From an uncultured bacterium (lineage in GTDB: Bacteria > Oederibacteriota > PGYV01 > CAWJRG01), in assembly GCA_963845185.1 (NCBI GenBank), contig CAWJRG010000005.1, positions 576,001 to 640,000 on the forward strand: 64,000 nucleotides of DNA, written 5' to 3'. Positions within the stretch are counted from its first letter, which is position 1. The number at the start of each line of letters is the position of its first letter. A model generated the notes under the pieces. That model searched no databases and was not told the origin of the DNA. It was given only the letters and a program-made list of their open reading frames with translations. The position numbers were made by a program, and so were the translations under genes. This document shows positions 49,353-59,152 of this stretch, one piece after another.

Positions 49353-52300
49353 TTACCTACCTACGACAAGAAATTTGTTCGCCTTGAATTTGATTTCTGT
49401 GCCTGAGGCGGTCTTTGCCCTTATAATATAGTAATAAACTCCCGGGCTAAACCCCGAAATATTCTCCTGCGAAGCATTTGTCGCAGTGGCATAGCCAGTG
49501 CACTCAAACTTGCGCGCAAAATTTCCTGCAAAATTAAAAATATTTATTGTGACATTTGCCTGCTCGTTTAATGAATAAACAAAAGTAATGCTTGTTGTTG
49601 CCGGCACAGGGAAGACATACGAATCGTCCGCCGGTGGCTGCTGCAGCCCGGGCACGGGTGTTGTTGTGATTGACGGCGTTGGCGTAATCGATATAACAGG
49701 TGTCTGTGTCACGGTCATTGTTATTGTATATGTCTGCGTAATTGTCGGGGTATTCGTAGCTGTAACCAGGTACCCGAGGTCAGGGCAGAATTGCGTGTAT
49801 ATTGACCACAGCCTTGGCTGCGCTGTCGCCGGGCCGAACGGGTCAGGGAAACCTCCAAAAGAATTGCTGACTGCCATGCCTGAATTAACCGGTGAAGTGT
49901 CGGTATAATATACCTGTATTCCTGTCTGCGCTTCAAAAGCGAGCCAGTAATTGCCCGAAGGCAGGTGAACGCCGCCGGGTATTGTTATAGCGTTCCAGCC
50001 CGTCGTGCAGTACTGCGGGCTGCAGAATATTACAAGCGAGTTCGGCTGTCCGCCAGCGTCAGTATAAATGGCCGTAGTAATCTGGCCTGTTCCGCCTGCC
50101 ACGTATAAATACATCTGGTTGAATGTTCCGTCCTGCAGCAGTTCAAATTTGCTCGCGTATAAGGTTGACCCTCCGCTCATGAATGTACTTGAGCCGGTAT
50201 TGTTGCCAAGCGTACCTTCAGTGCAAGCCGTGGAAGTCGGCGATACTGACGAAGTCGGGCTTATTGTGGGGGTAAGAGTTATTGTCGGCGATACGGTATT
50301 TGTGCCTGTGTCAGTCGGCGTGACTGTCGGTGTTTCAGATATAATTTCAGTCTGTGTTGCCGTTGATGTTTCAGTTGCCGTGTAAGTCGAAGTGCCTGTG
50401 GGACTATCTGTCGGCGTAGGAGTTGCCGTGTATGTATAAGTGCCAGTGCCTGTCGAAGTGCTAGTCGGCGTATCAGTAGGCGTTGGTGTAGCCGTGGATG
50501 TTTCAGTATCCGTGCCTGTCGGGGTGCCTGTAGGCGTGCCTGTCAGCGTCGGCGATATAGTTGATGTCGGCGATATTGTCGGAGTATCTGTCACTGTAGA
50601 GCCGTTGGGCACCTGAGTATTTGTGGCCGTTATTGTTGGCGTATATGTAGTTGTCGGCGTTGCTGTAAATGTCGAGGTTCCAGTGCTTGTCAGCGTGCCT
50701 GTATATGTATTTGTCGGCGTCGGCGTTGACGTAAATGTCGAGGTTCCTGTGTATGTCGCTGTATTTGTACCTGTATTTGTTGGTGTGCCTGTATTTGTCG
50801 GCGTACCTGTCGGTGATGCTGTATTTGTGTATGTAAGTGTCATGGTAAATGTGGGGGTAACCGTATATGTAAACGTGCTGGTAACCGTGACAGTATATGT
50901 GTGTGCGGGATTCGGGCACTCTATTTCCCCTCCGTAACCGTGCGGCAAAAAATTTATAAGAGTGGGATAGCCGCCGCATAAAATTTTTGAGCCGGCTACG
51001 CCAATGCTCAATATTGCTCCGTTTGGAAACGGAATCCAGGGATAATCGGACCCGTCCCCTTTGCGCACAGCGACTATGCAGGGGCGTATGTCGTTATTTA
51101 ACCCGGCAGTGGTAAAACTTCCGCCAAGGTATATAACATCCGTATACGGGTCAACATACATGGAATATACCGGTGCATTTAAATTCGGGTTCCATGTGGC
51201 TATGTTGTTGCCTGTCGCATTGTCAAAAGCCGCAGCGTAACTCAAGGGCAATGTAAAATTACCGCCAAGGCAGACAGCTCGCTCCTTTAAAAGCGATTGA
51301 ATAAACAGGCCCGTTTAAATTAGGTATCCACGTGGATATATTGCTTCCTGTTATTGTGTCAAAAGCTGCTGTATAGTTTAATGGTGTTGAAAAATACCCT
51401 CCAAGATAAACAACGTTTTTGCTGATATTACACGCTGTTACCGTACTGTTTAGGCCCGGGTTCCATCCAAGCACGGTCCCTGTGGAAAGGTCGGTTGCCG
51501 CCGCGTAGTTCCTGCCCATTACTTGGCCGCCTGGTCCCATTATTGTTGTAAAAGCTCCGCCTATATACATGCTGTTGCCGTAAGGGCAAAGAGAGTAAAC
51601 TACATTGTTCGCATCCGGGTTCCAGGATGTGGCAGTTCCGTTCACAGGGTCAAAAGCAGCGAGGCAGTCGCGGGCAATAGTGCCGCTGTTTACCCATGTG
51701 AAAGCTCCGCCCGCGTAAACCGCGCTGTTTGTCAGGGCAATTGTTGTAACTATATCGCTTGTGTTCGGATCCCACGGCAAAATAACGCCGGTGTTCAGGT
51801 CAACAGCCGCAAGATGGTTTCTGGCCACGGATTTTATTGCGCGGAAGCTTCCTCCTATATATATGTTCTGCCCCTGGCCAGCTATGGCGTACACAGTGCC
51901 GTCAGGATCCGGCTGCCATGTCTGGGCCGTGCCTATAACACTGTCAAAAGCAGCCGCGTTTACCCTGGAGACAGGCGTCGATGACGCGTTATTTACAGAT
52001 GTAAAAATACCGCCTATATATATGTTTGCGCTGTTCGCGCATATTGAATAGCCGTAGTTATTCAGGTTTGGGTTCCAGCTGTTTGCCGTTCCTGTTGAAG
52101 GGATCGGGAAAGCAGCTGCGTAATTCCTTAGCGTGCCCAGTCCGGATGTCCCGCCGCTGCCTGTGTTGACTTTTGTAAAAAAGCCCGTAGCATAAAGCGT
52201 GTCGTTGTTGACCGTGCCTGTGACAGCGCAAAGCGACATTACAACGCTGTTTGCTTCAGGGTCAAAAGCCGTTGGGGTTGTTGAATTATAGGCAAAAGCA

Positions 52301-53205
52301 GCCATGTAATTTCTCGTGTAAGCGCCGCCGTTTGTGGTGGTAAAAGCGCCGCCAATATATAATATACCCGTGTCCTGCGTTATAGAATAAACAGTGCCGT
52401 TCATTTCCGGGTTCCAGGATATAGCCGTGCCTGTCACAGGATCCACGCAGCCCAGATAGCTTCTTATTGTGCCGCCAAGCGAGGCAAAGGCCCCTCCCAT
52501 AAAAATATTATTCTGGAACGGATAAATTGAATACACATAATTGTTCGGTGCCGGGTTCCATGCCTCAAGCGCGCCTGTTGATGCATCAAAAGCCGTGGCA
52601 TAGGTCCTGGCTGTCCAGGTGCCTCCTACGCCTGCAGCGTTTAAAAATTCGCCGCCCACATAAACAACCCCTGACATTCCGGCAATGGAAAGCACAGTGT
52701 TGTCGGCAGCCGGTGTCCAGGCCGGGTCGAGTGAGCCGTTGTTAAAAATATGCGCCAGCCTTGTCCTCGGCTGGCCGGCGACATACGAAAAACTCCCTCC
52801 TATAAAAAAACCTCCGTTTGAATCAGGAGCTATTGCTAAAACAGCTCCCCCGCCAACCTGAGGGAAAGCCGGGCTTGCCACGGTATTGCCGTTCGCGTCT
52901 GTCAGCGCTGCAGAACCTGTGCGCTCGCCTATCCTAGTAAAAACGCCGCCCAAATACAAAGTGGACGCCGTATTCGCAACTGCGTAAATTATGTTGTTTG
53001 CGGCAAATGAGCTGTAAATAAAAGCAGGGCCTATGGTTGGAGTAAAAGTCGGGCTTGGTGGAAGGACTACGACGGTTTGCCCTATGGTTAAGACTGTAAC
53101 ATTCGTGTTTGTCGGTGTAGGGTTTGCCCCGTAGGCGGCAGGGCTGGTCAAGGCCGTAAAGATGATGCCGATTACAAGGCTCGTAAAAAAAGCTCTTGTT
53201 TTCAT
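49353..53205 (-). CDS. Large surface protein (beta-propeller-like repeats, Thr-rich stalk, T9SS-like C-terminal domain); frameshift near 51280
   Basis: Repeats WNPxxNxxVYS..YIGGxFT continue across the 648-aa and 632-aa ORFs; ends YVFPVP..GVYYYII..KFLVVGR. Confidence 0.8.
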
Positions 53206-53291
53206 TTAATCATCAAACTCCTGTATAGAATACTTATATTTCTTAATTAATTATACTCCAACAATGCCGATATTTCAATCAAAATAAGGGT

Positions 53292-53919
53292 TCAGTATAG
53301 CAAAGGGTTTTGTTTTAATGATGGTATTATTTTTTTTGTATGGGATTTCTTTTTTACGGGTTTCTCCGGCGCAAGGATCAAATCCGTTATTTTTATTATT
53401 TCCTTCGCGTCTGTTTCAGCGGCGTGTTTTCCAGACTTTATAAGTTTTATATTTCCCTGTCTGTCAAGAATGCATACATATATCAGCGAATCGTCTTTCA
53501 CGTTAAAAAATTTTTTATAAGGTTTTTTGTCGCTAAAAAACAAGTAGGTGAGCCTTCTGGTCTTCGGTGGCCCCGCCTTTCATGCCGTTTAATATTCCCA
53601 CGTCCCCAACAAGCGCCATCTCATAGTACGCTTTCTGGGTGTTTCCCATATATTTCAAGGCAAAAGGCTTTATCCATGACGCCATGTCATTGTCATCAGG
53701 CCTTGAAAAAGTGAGAATTATCATTGACGCCTTGCCCTGAACAGCGTCAGGCAATACGATTTCTTTGTCATCAAGCGTCTGCGCTGTGATTTTCGGGAAA
53801 GCAGTACCCGTGACAGAAGCACAGGCGGCGGTCGGTGTTACAACTTCATCAGCACATACCGAAGCTGCGATAAAAAAAAGAAGTATAAACACGTAAATTT
53901 TATTCACTTTGATATCCAT
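53292..53919 (-). CDS. Thioredoxin-like/ATP10-like secreted protein; frameshift at 53535-53540
   Basis: FPKITAQTLDDKEIVLPD..ASWIKPF then ILDRQGNI; two overlapping ORFs meet at a T6 run. Confidence 0.6.
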
Positions 53920-54045
53920 TAGTTATTTAGCATTTCAGTTGCTAAACCTCTATTCATCAAACCTTCCATTCATTCTGCATTTCTTTTACATTTAATTCTT
54001 ATTTTTGACCAAACCTACAAGGTTCAGCCTTCTATTTCTTTGCCT

Positions 54046-55356
54046 TTATTGCGACCACCACACGTCGCTTTTATCCTGTAAGCCTGTGCTCGGGCAATAT
54101 TCCCCGGCTATCACCCACATCATATTGTTGAATACAACGCTACTGTGGAAGTGCCTGACTCCGAATTCGGCTGCCGCTGTCGCCTGTGTCCACGTACCTC
54201 CGGAATTCGAATACCAGACATCGCCCTTGCAGCCGTTGCTGTCCTCGCCTCCTACAATCCACATATAATTATTGTATACAAAACTCGTGTGGTTTGCCCT
54301 TGCGCCGTATCCTTGAGACATTAAAAGAAATGTCCAGTTTTTTCCGTCGCTTGAATATCCCGTATTTCCCAGGAAACTTGATCCGTTCCATCCGCCCATT
54401 ATCCAGATTAAATTGCCGTATACTATTGTCGTATGCTCTTCTCTCCCGCCGAAAGACGCTGCTGTCGTCGTGCATCCCCAGTGGGCGCCATCGCTTGAAT
54501 ACCAGACATCGCTTTTAAAGCTGCTGCCGTCATATCCGCCTATCACCCACATTTGATTGTTATATACCACGCTCGAATGGCAAATCCTTCCGTTGAATGC
54601 CGCTGCCGTGGTAGTGCATGACCAGTAAACGCCGTACGGATTGTTGTTCGAATACCAGACGTCGTTTTTATATGTTCCGTCATATCCGCCTATCACCCAC
54701 ATTTGATTGTTATATACCACGCTGCTGTGAAACCATCTTGCGCTGAACGCCCCGGTTGTAGCCTGCTGCCAGTACGTGCCGTCGAATGAATACCATACGT
54801 CATTGAGGTAATTGCTGGCATTGCTTCCGCCTATTACCCACATGGCATTGTTATAAACCAGGCTTGTGTGTCCCATCCTGATGCCAAAAGCTGCTCCAAG
54901 CGTGGACCACGACCATGTGCTGCCCGGCACAGGAGTATTGGTGGATGTGGCTGTAATAGTCGGTGTAATTGTTTTTGTCCATTGCGCGGCTGCTGCTGTC
55001 TGCTGCTGCGCCACCATTGTCAAAATAGCCGCTGCTGTCTGCGTCGCGTTTGGAGTGATCGTCATTGTAAATGTGCTGGTAGCCGAATATCCGGCTGCCG
55101 CCGCTGTCTGCTGCTGTGCTATCATTGTCATGATTGCTGCTGCTGTCTGTGCCGCGTTTGGCGTAGCTGTTGCCGTGTGTCCTGCCGCTGCCGCTGTCTG
55201 CTGCTGCGCTACTATTGTTTCTATGACCGCGGCTGTCTGCGCCGCGTTCGGCGTATCTGTCGCTGCTGGAAATGTCGGATTTACTGTCTTTCTGCATGCC
55301 TGCGGTAAAAATATTATTGCAGTTATTAAGGTAGCCGTAATAAATATTTTTTTCAC
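54046..55356 (-). CDS. Lipoprotein with Kelch-like repeats
   Basis: PQAC lipobox; six repeats R.xHxSVVYNNxMWVIGG..DVWYS. Confidence 0.85.
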   Translation of the reverse strand: MKKIFITATLITAIIFLPQACRKTVNPTFPAATDTPNAAQTAAVIETIVAQQQTAAAAGHTATATPNAAQTAAAIMTMIAQQQTAAAAGYSATSTFTMTITPNATQTAAAILTMVAQQQTAAAAQWTKTITPTITATSTNTPVPGSTWSWSTLGAAFGIRMGHTSLVYNNAMWVIGGSNASNYLNDVWYSFDGTYWQQATTGAFSARWFHSSVVYNNQMWVIGGYDGTYKNDVWYSNNNPYGVYWSCTTTAAAFNGRICHSSVVYNNQMWVIGGYDGSSFKSDVWYSSDGAHWGCTTTAASFGGREEHTTIVYGNLIWIMGGWNGSSFLGNTGYSSDGKNWTFLLMSQGYGARANHTSFVYNNYMWIVGGEDSNGCKGDVWYSNSGGTWTQATAAAEFGVRHFHSSVVFNNMMWVIAGEYCPSTGLQDKSDVWWSQ

Positions 55357-55461
55357 CTTGACACCTCTTATTTTAATAATTTCCAGTTCTCACTTACCAC
55401 TTACCCCTTCCCACCTACCACTTCACACTTATCCCATCCCACACTCTTCTTGCTTTCCTGC

Positions 55462-56586
55462 CTACTGCGCCCACCACACATCGTTCCTGCAGACCCCGTC
55501 AAAACCTGCTATTACCCACATTGCGTTGTTAAATACCACGCTGGTATGCAAAAATCTTGCGCTGAATCCCGCGTTGATTGCCGCATTATACCAGTACATG
55601 CCGTCTGTTGAATACCATATGTCATTTTTATATCCGTTGCTGTCATAGCCGCCTATTACCCACATCTTATTGTTATAAACCACGCTTGTGTGCCCGAACC
55701 TTCCGCTGAATCCGTCTCCTGCGGACATTTCAGCCCAGTTCACGCCGTTGCTCGATGACCATACGTCATTCTTATAATTTGCGCTGTTATCTGTTCCGCC
55801 TATTACCCATATAGAATTATTAAACACAACGCTTGTATGCCCGTATCTTGCGCTGAAAGTTGCGGCTGTTGTCGTGCATCCCCAGCTTGCGCCGTCGCTT
55901 GAGTACCAGACATCGTTTTTGGCGTTACCTGTGCCGTCTTCAATACCGCCTATTACCCACATTTTGTTGTTAAATACCACACTTGTATGCTTGCCCCTTG
56001 CTGAAAAAGCGGCTGCCGTGGTTGTGCATGCCCAGTAAATGCCTGTTGAATACCATACATCATGCGTATAATGGCTCGTTGTGTCAAAACCGCCTATTAC
56101 CCACATTAAATTATTGAAAGCGACGCTTGTATGGTAAAACCTTGCCGTAAAATTGCCGCCGCCGCTTAGCGCCCAGTAAGTGCCGTCCTGGGAAATATAA
56201 GCGTCATTTTTTAACGTGCTTGTGCTGTCCTGCCCGCCTATGACGTATATTGAGTTGTTATAAACCACGCTGCTGTGGCCTGCCCTGGCTGAAAAGGTCG
56301 CTGCACTTGTCGCCAGCGTCCACATGCTGCCTGTAAAAGGAGTAGGTGTACTTGTAAAAGTAGGTGTAATTGTAGGCGTTATTGTCCTTGTCAGTTGCCC
56401 CATCACTGCCGTCTGCGTTTTTACCACTATTGTTTCTATCGCAATAAACGTCTGTGTCGCGTTTGGAGTTGCTGCCGGAGTATTTGTAGGCGCCGGAGAT
56501 GCCGGGTTGCTGTTCTTGGAACATGCGATTACAAGGAAAACCGAGAATAATATAATTCCAAAACCTGCCGCCAATAGCTTTCTCAT
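55462..56586 (-). CDS. Lipoprotein with Kelch-like repeats (paralog)
   Basis: VIAC lipobox; six repeats FSAR.xHTSVVFNNxMWVIGG. Confidence 0.85.
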   Translation of the reverse strand: MRKLLAAGFGIILFSVFLVIACSKNSNPASPAPTNTPAATPNATQTFIAIETIVVKTQTAVMGQLTRTITPTITPTFTSTPTPFTGSMWTLATSAATFSARAGHSSVVYNNSIYVIGGQDSTSTLKNDAYISQDGTYWALSGGGNFTARFYHTSVAFNNLMWVIGGFDTTSHYTHDVWYSTGIYWACTTTAAAFSARGKHTSVVFNNKMWVIGGIEDGTGNAKNDVWYSSDGASWGCTTTAATFSARYGHTSVVFNNSIWVIGGTDNSANYKNDVWSSSNGVNWAEMSAGDGFSGRFGHTSVVYNNKMWVIGGYDSNGYKNDIWYSTDGMYWYNAAINAGFSARFLHTSVVFNNAMWVIAGFDGVCRNDVWWAQ

Positions 56587-56721
56587 AATAATCCCTCCGT
56601 TTTTCTAATTTTCAATTGCTGATTGTCAATTAAAATACGCCTTAACTGGCAATTTATATATATTAATTATATCAAATATCCGGGGTTTTTTCTACTTTCT
56701 TTTGACGGAAAAATCCGGTTT

Positions 56722-59085
56722 TCACCTTATTATAACAAACACCTTAACTTGTCTTTGGTTACTCTGTTCAGCTGTCACATAATAAATTCCGCTTGCCCAG
56801 TTCTCTGCGTCGGTTATTTTTTTAATTACCGCATTTGGACCCTGGTTCAACACTTCTTCCCTGTAAATAAGCCTGTAATTTGCAGTGTATATCCTTAATG
56901 TTATTTTATTCCCGTTAAGCACTATATTTACAAAATCTGACGCCGGATTTGGATAAAGACCGGCGATTAATCCGCTTCCTGAATTCGTGCCTGCTGTCGG
57001 AGTAGGTATAAACGGCGTGGATGTAAAATCCGGTGTTTCTGTGTATGTCTGTGTTATTGTCAATGTCTCTGTTTCGGTAGTTGCCCACGTGCCTGTTGCT
57101 GTTATTGTCAGCACCGGTGAAATTGTCCATGTTTCGGTAAAAGTCGGCGTCGCAGTAAGCGTCCAGTCCGGTGTGTCTGTGTCCGACGGCCCTGCTGTAT
57201 TTGTGCCGGTTGCTGTCGCTGTCGCTGAGCCGGTAGCCGTAATGATTGCTGTTCCTGTTTGCGTAGGTGTTTCAGTTGCAGTAAGCGTGTTCGAAACTGA
57301 CGGTGTCTGCGTATAGGTATTTGTTATAGTATCTGTTGCAGTTGCTGTCGGCGTATATGTAGGAGTCTGTCCGGATACCGAGCAGTCAATATATTCACTC
57401 CATGTCTCGGCTGTTGAACTGACTCCGCTCAATGTAGCGGGATACGCGCCGAATGGCTGGTCAATAAGAAACCCGTTTCCAAGTGTGCCGGCTGTGTAGC
57501 TTGGTATGTCGAGCGTCGAGTCAGTCTGCCAGCACAGCCAGTAAGTGCCCGGTGTAAGCGTGAGCGAGACAGGCGTGCCAGCGGAAATATTCTGGGTTAT
57601 CCACCCTCCCGCGACGCTGTTTGCTATCGTTCCCGAGTCCCAGAGCAGGTTCTGCGGTGATGAGTTGTCGTATATCGCGAGCCTTATATTTCCCGCTGCA
57701 GCGTGAGAGTAAAAATTTATATTGTTCACAGTTTCTGTCTGCGTTTCGGTAATTTTTGTCCCTTTAATGGCGGCTTTCTGCGAAAACGCGATTTTAATCA
57801 CTTGTCCCGGTGAGCTGTCGCAGCCTATGTAAGCGTACCCTCTCGTATTATCTATCTCCGAACCCTGTGCGTAAACTTCGCCGTACGGGAAAGTAACTCC
57901 GTTGTCCGTTGAGTCATCATACGCGCCCGGATATCCGTCGCAAGGCGGCACATCAACACCCCCGAGAAGCTGCAGCGGCGGCCCTGCGTTTTCCGACGGC
58001 GCCGCGTCTCCCGAGTTGTTTTTTATCTTGAACAATTTCATGGGAAATATCCCGTCTGTAACAAAAATAGTATAGCCGCTTGCCGGGTCTTCCACTGAGG
58101 CTGATAAAGACTGTTCCGTAGCGTTTACGCCGTTGCACGCCGCGCCTGAGTGCAGCGTCGTGTTTGACACTTCGCTGAAAGTCGTCAGGTTTATCTTGTC
58201 CACGTTTGCAGGTAAAGGCGTAATCGAAGAAGGTTCGTATGTGCCGAAATACGCGTAATGGTTGATTGTGTCAATTGAAGGCCTGCCGTATGCAAACCAC
58301 ATTCCCGGCGGGATAGTATCAGTTGTGCTTATGACCCCGTCCTCGCTTGGCGCGCCGCCGCCGTTTAGCGCTACCCGCGCTATCTGGGTCATATTGTACC
58401 CGGCAAGGTAAAGGTACCCTCCCGACGCGTCAATTGCTCCGTATATCTCTAATGCGCCTAATGGAGGGTAAACTGGGCTGTTGAGCGTCAACCCCGAACC
58501 GACCATAGTCGGCATTGTGGCGTCGCCTGCCGCGACTGACGGCAGCAGGTACTTGTAAACTACCGCAGGGCTGCCGAAGGTTATAAAATAAGCGTAATGC
58601 TGAGTTGGATCCGGATTGCTGTCGTCAAGCATCGCGTCCTTTGGGGTGCTGGAAGCGTTGAACACGCCCTCGTCAACCGGAGCCACTCCCGGCCCGCCCA
58701 GTTTTACTTTGTGGAGCCCGCCCGAATCAAAATAGGCAAACCCGTTTACTGAATCTACAAGTATTTTTCCAAAATTCCCTCCCGGTGAAAGCGTAATGGT
58801 GCTCTCTTCCGTGAAGTTCGTCAGGTTTATCTTTGAAAAACTTCCCATGCGGCCTCCGAAATACGCGTACGCGTTCACCGTATCGATTCCCGCGCCGTAA
58901 AGGCCCTGGTAATTATCGCTGCTGAGCACGACCTTTCCCACGCGCCTTAACCCCTGCGTTGGGTAAGTCGTTGTTCCTGACGTTGTAATGCCCAGTTGGT
59001 CCGCTTCAAGCCGGAAAGATAAAAAAATAAATAAAACCGGTACAATACCGGACATAATCAATCGAATTTTATTATTTACCATCAT
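56722..59085 (-). CDS. Secreted protein with Thr-rich stalk and T9SS type-A-like C-terminal domain
   Basis: Signal peptide; C-terminus LYPNPASDFVNI..ASGIYYV..VKVFVIIR. Confidence 0.8.
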   Translation of the reverse strand: MMVNNKIRLIMSGIVPVLFIFLSFRLEADQLGITTSGTTTYPTQGLRRVGKVVLSSDNYQGLYGAGIDTVNAYAYFGGRMGSFSKINLTNFTEESTITLSPGGNFGKILVDSVNGFAYFDSGGLHKVKLGGPGVAPVDEGVFNASSTPKDAMLDDSNPDPTQHYAYFITFGSPAVVYKYLLPSVAAGDATMPTMVGSGLTLNSPVYPPLGALEIYGAIDASGGYLYLAGYNMTQIARVALNGGGAPSEDGVISTTDTIPPGMWFAYGRPSIDTINHYAYFGTYEPSSITPLPANVDKINLTTFSEVSNTTLHSGAACNGVNATEQSLSASVEDPASGYTIFVTDGIFPMKLFKIKNNSGDAAPSENAGPPLQLLGGVDVPPCDGYPGAYDDSTDNGVTFPYGEVYAQGSEIDNTRGYAYIGCDSSPGQVIKIAFSQKAAIKGTKITETQTETVNNINFYSHAAAGNIRLAIYDNSSPQNLLWDSGTIANSVAGGWITQNISAGTPVSLTLTPGTYWLCWQTDSTLDIPSYTAGTLGNGFLIDQPFGAYPATLSGVSSTAETWSEYIDCSVSGQTPTYTPTATATDTITNTYTQTPSVSNTLTATETPTQTGTAIITATGSATATATGTNTAGPSDTDTPDWTLTATPTFTETWTISPVLTITATGTWATTETETLTITQTYTETPDFTSTPFIPTPTAGTNSGSGLIAGLYPNPASDFVNIVLNGNKITLRIYTANYRLIYREEVLNQGPNAVIKKITDAENWASGIYYVTAEQSNQRQVKVFVIIR

Positions 59086-59152
59086 AATGTTTTTAGCACC
59101 TTACTTATCTCTGTTTTCTATCATTCCAAAATTCAAAATCTAAATTCCAAAT

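Noticed and set aside
54046..56586. CRISPR array or DGR template/variable repeats
   Set aside because: Repeats are in-frame protein repeats; no cas or reverse-transcriptase gene and no adenine-specific divergence seen.
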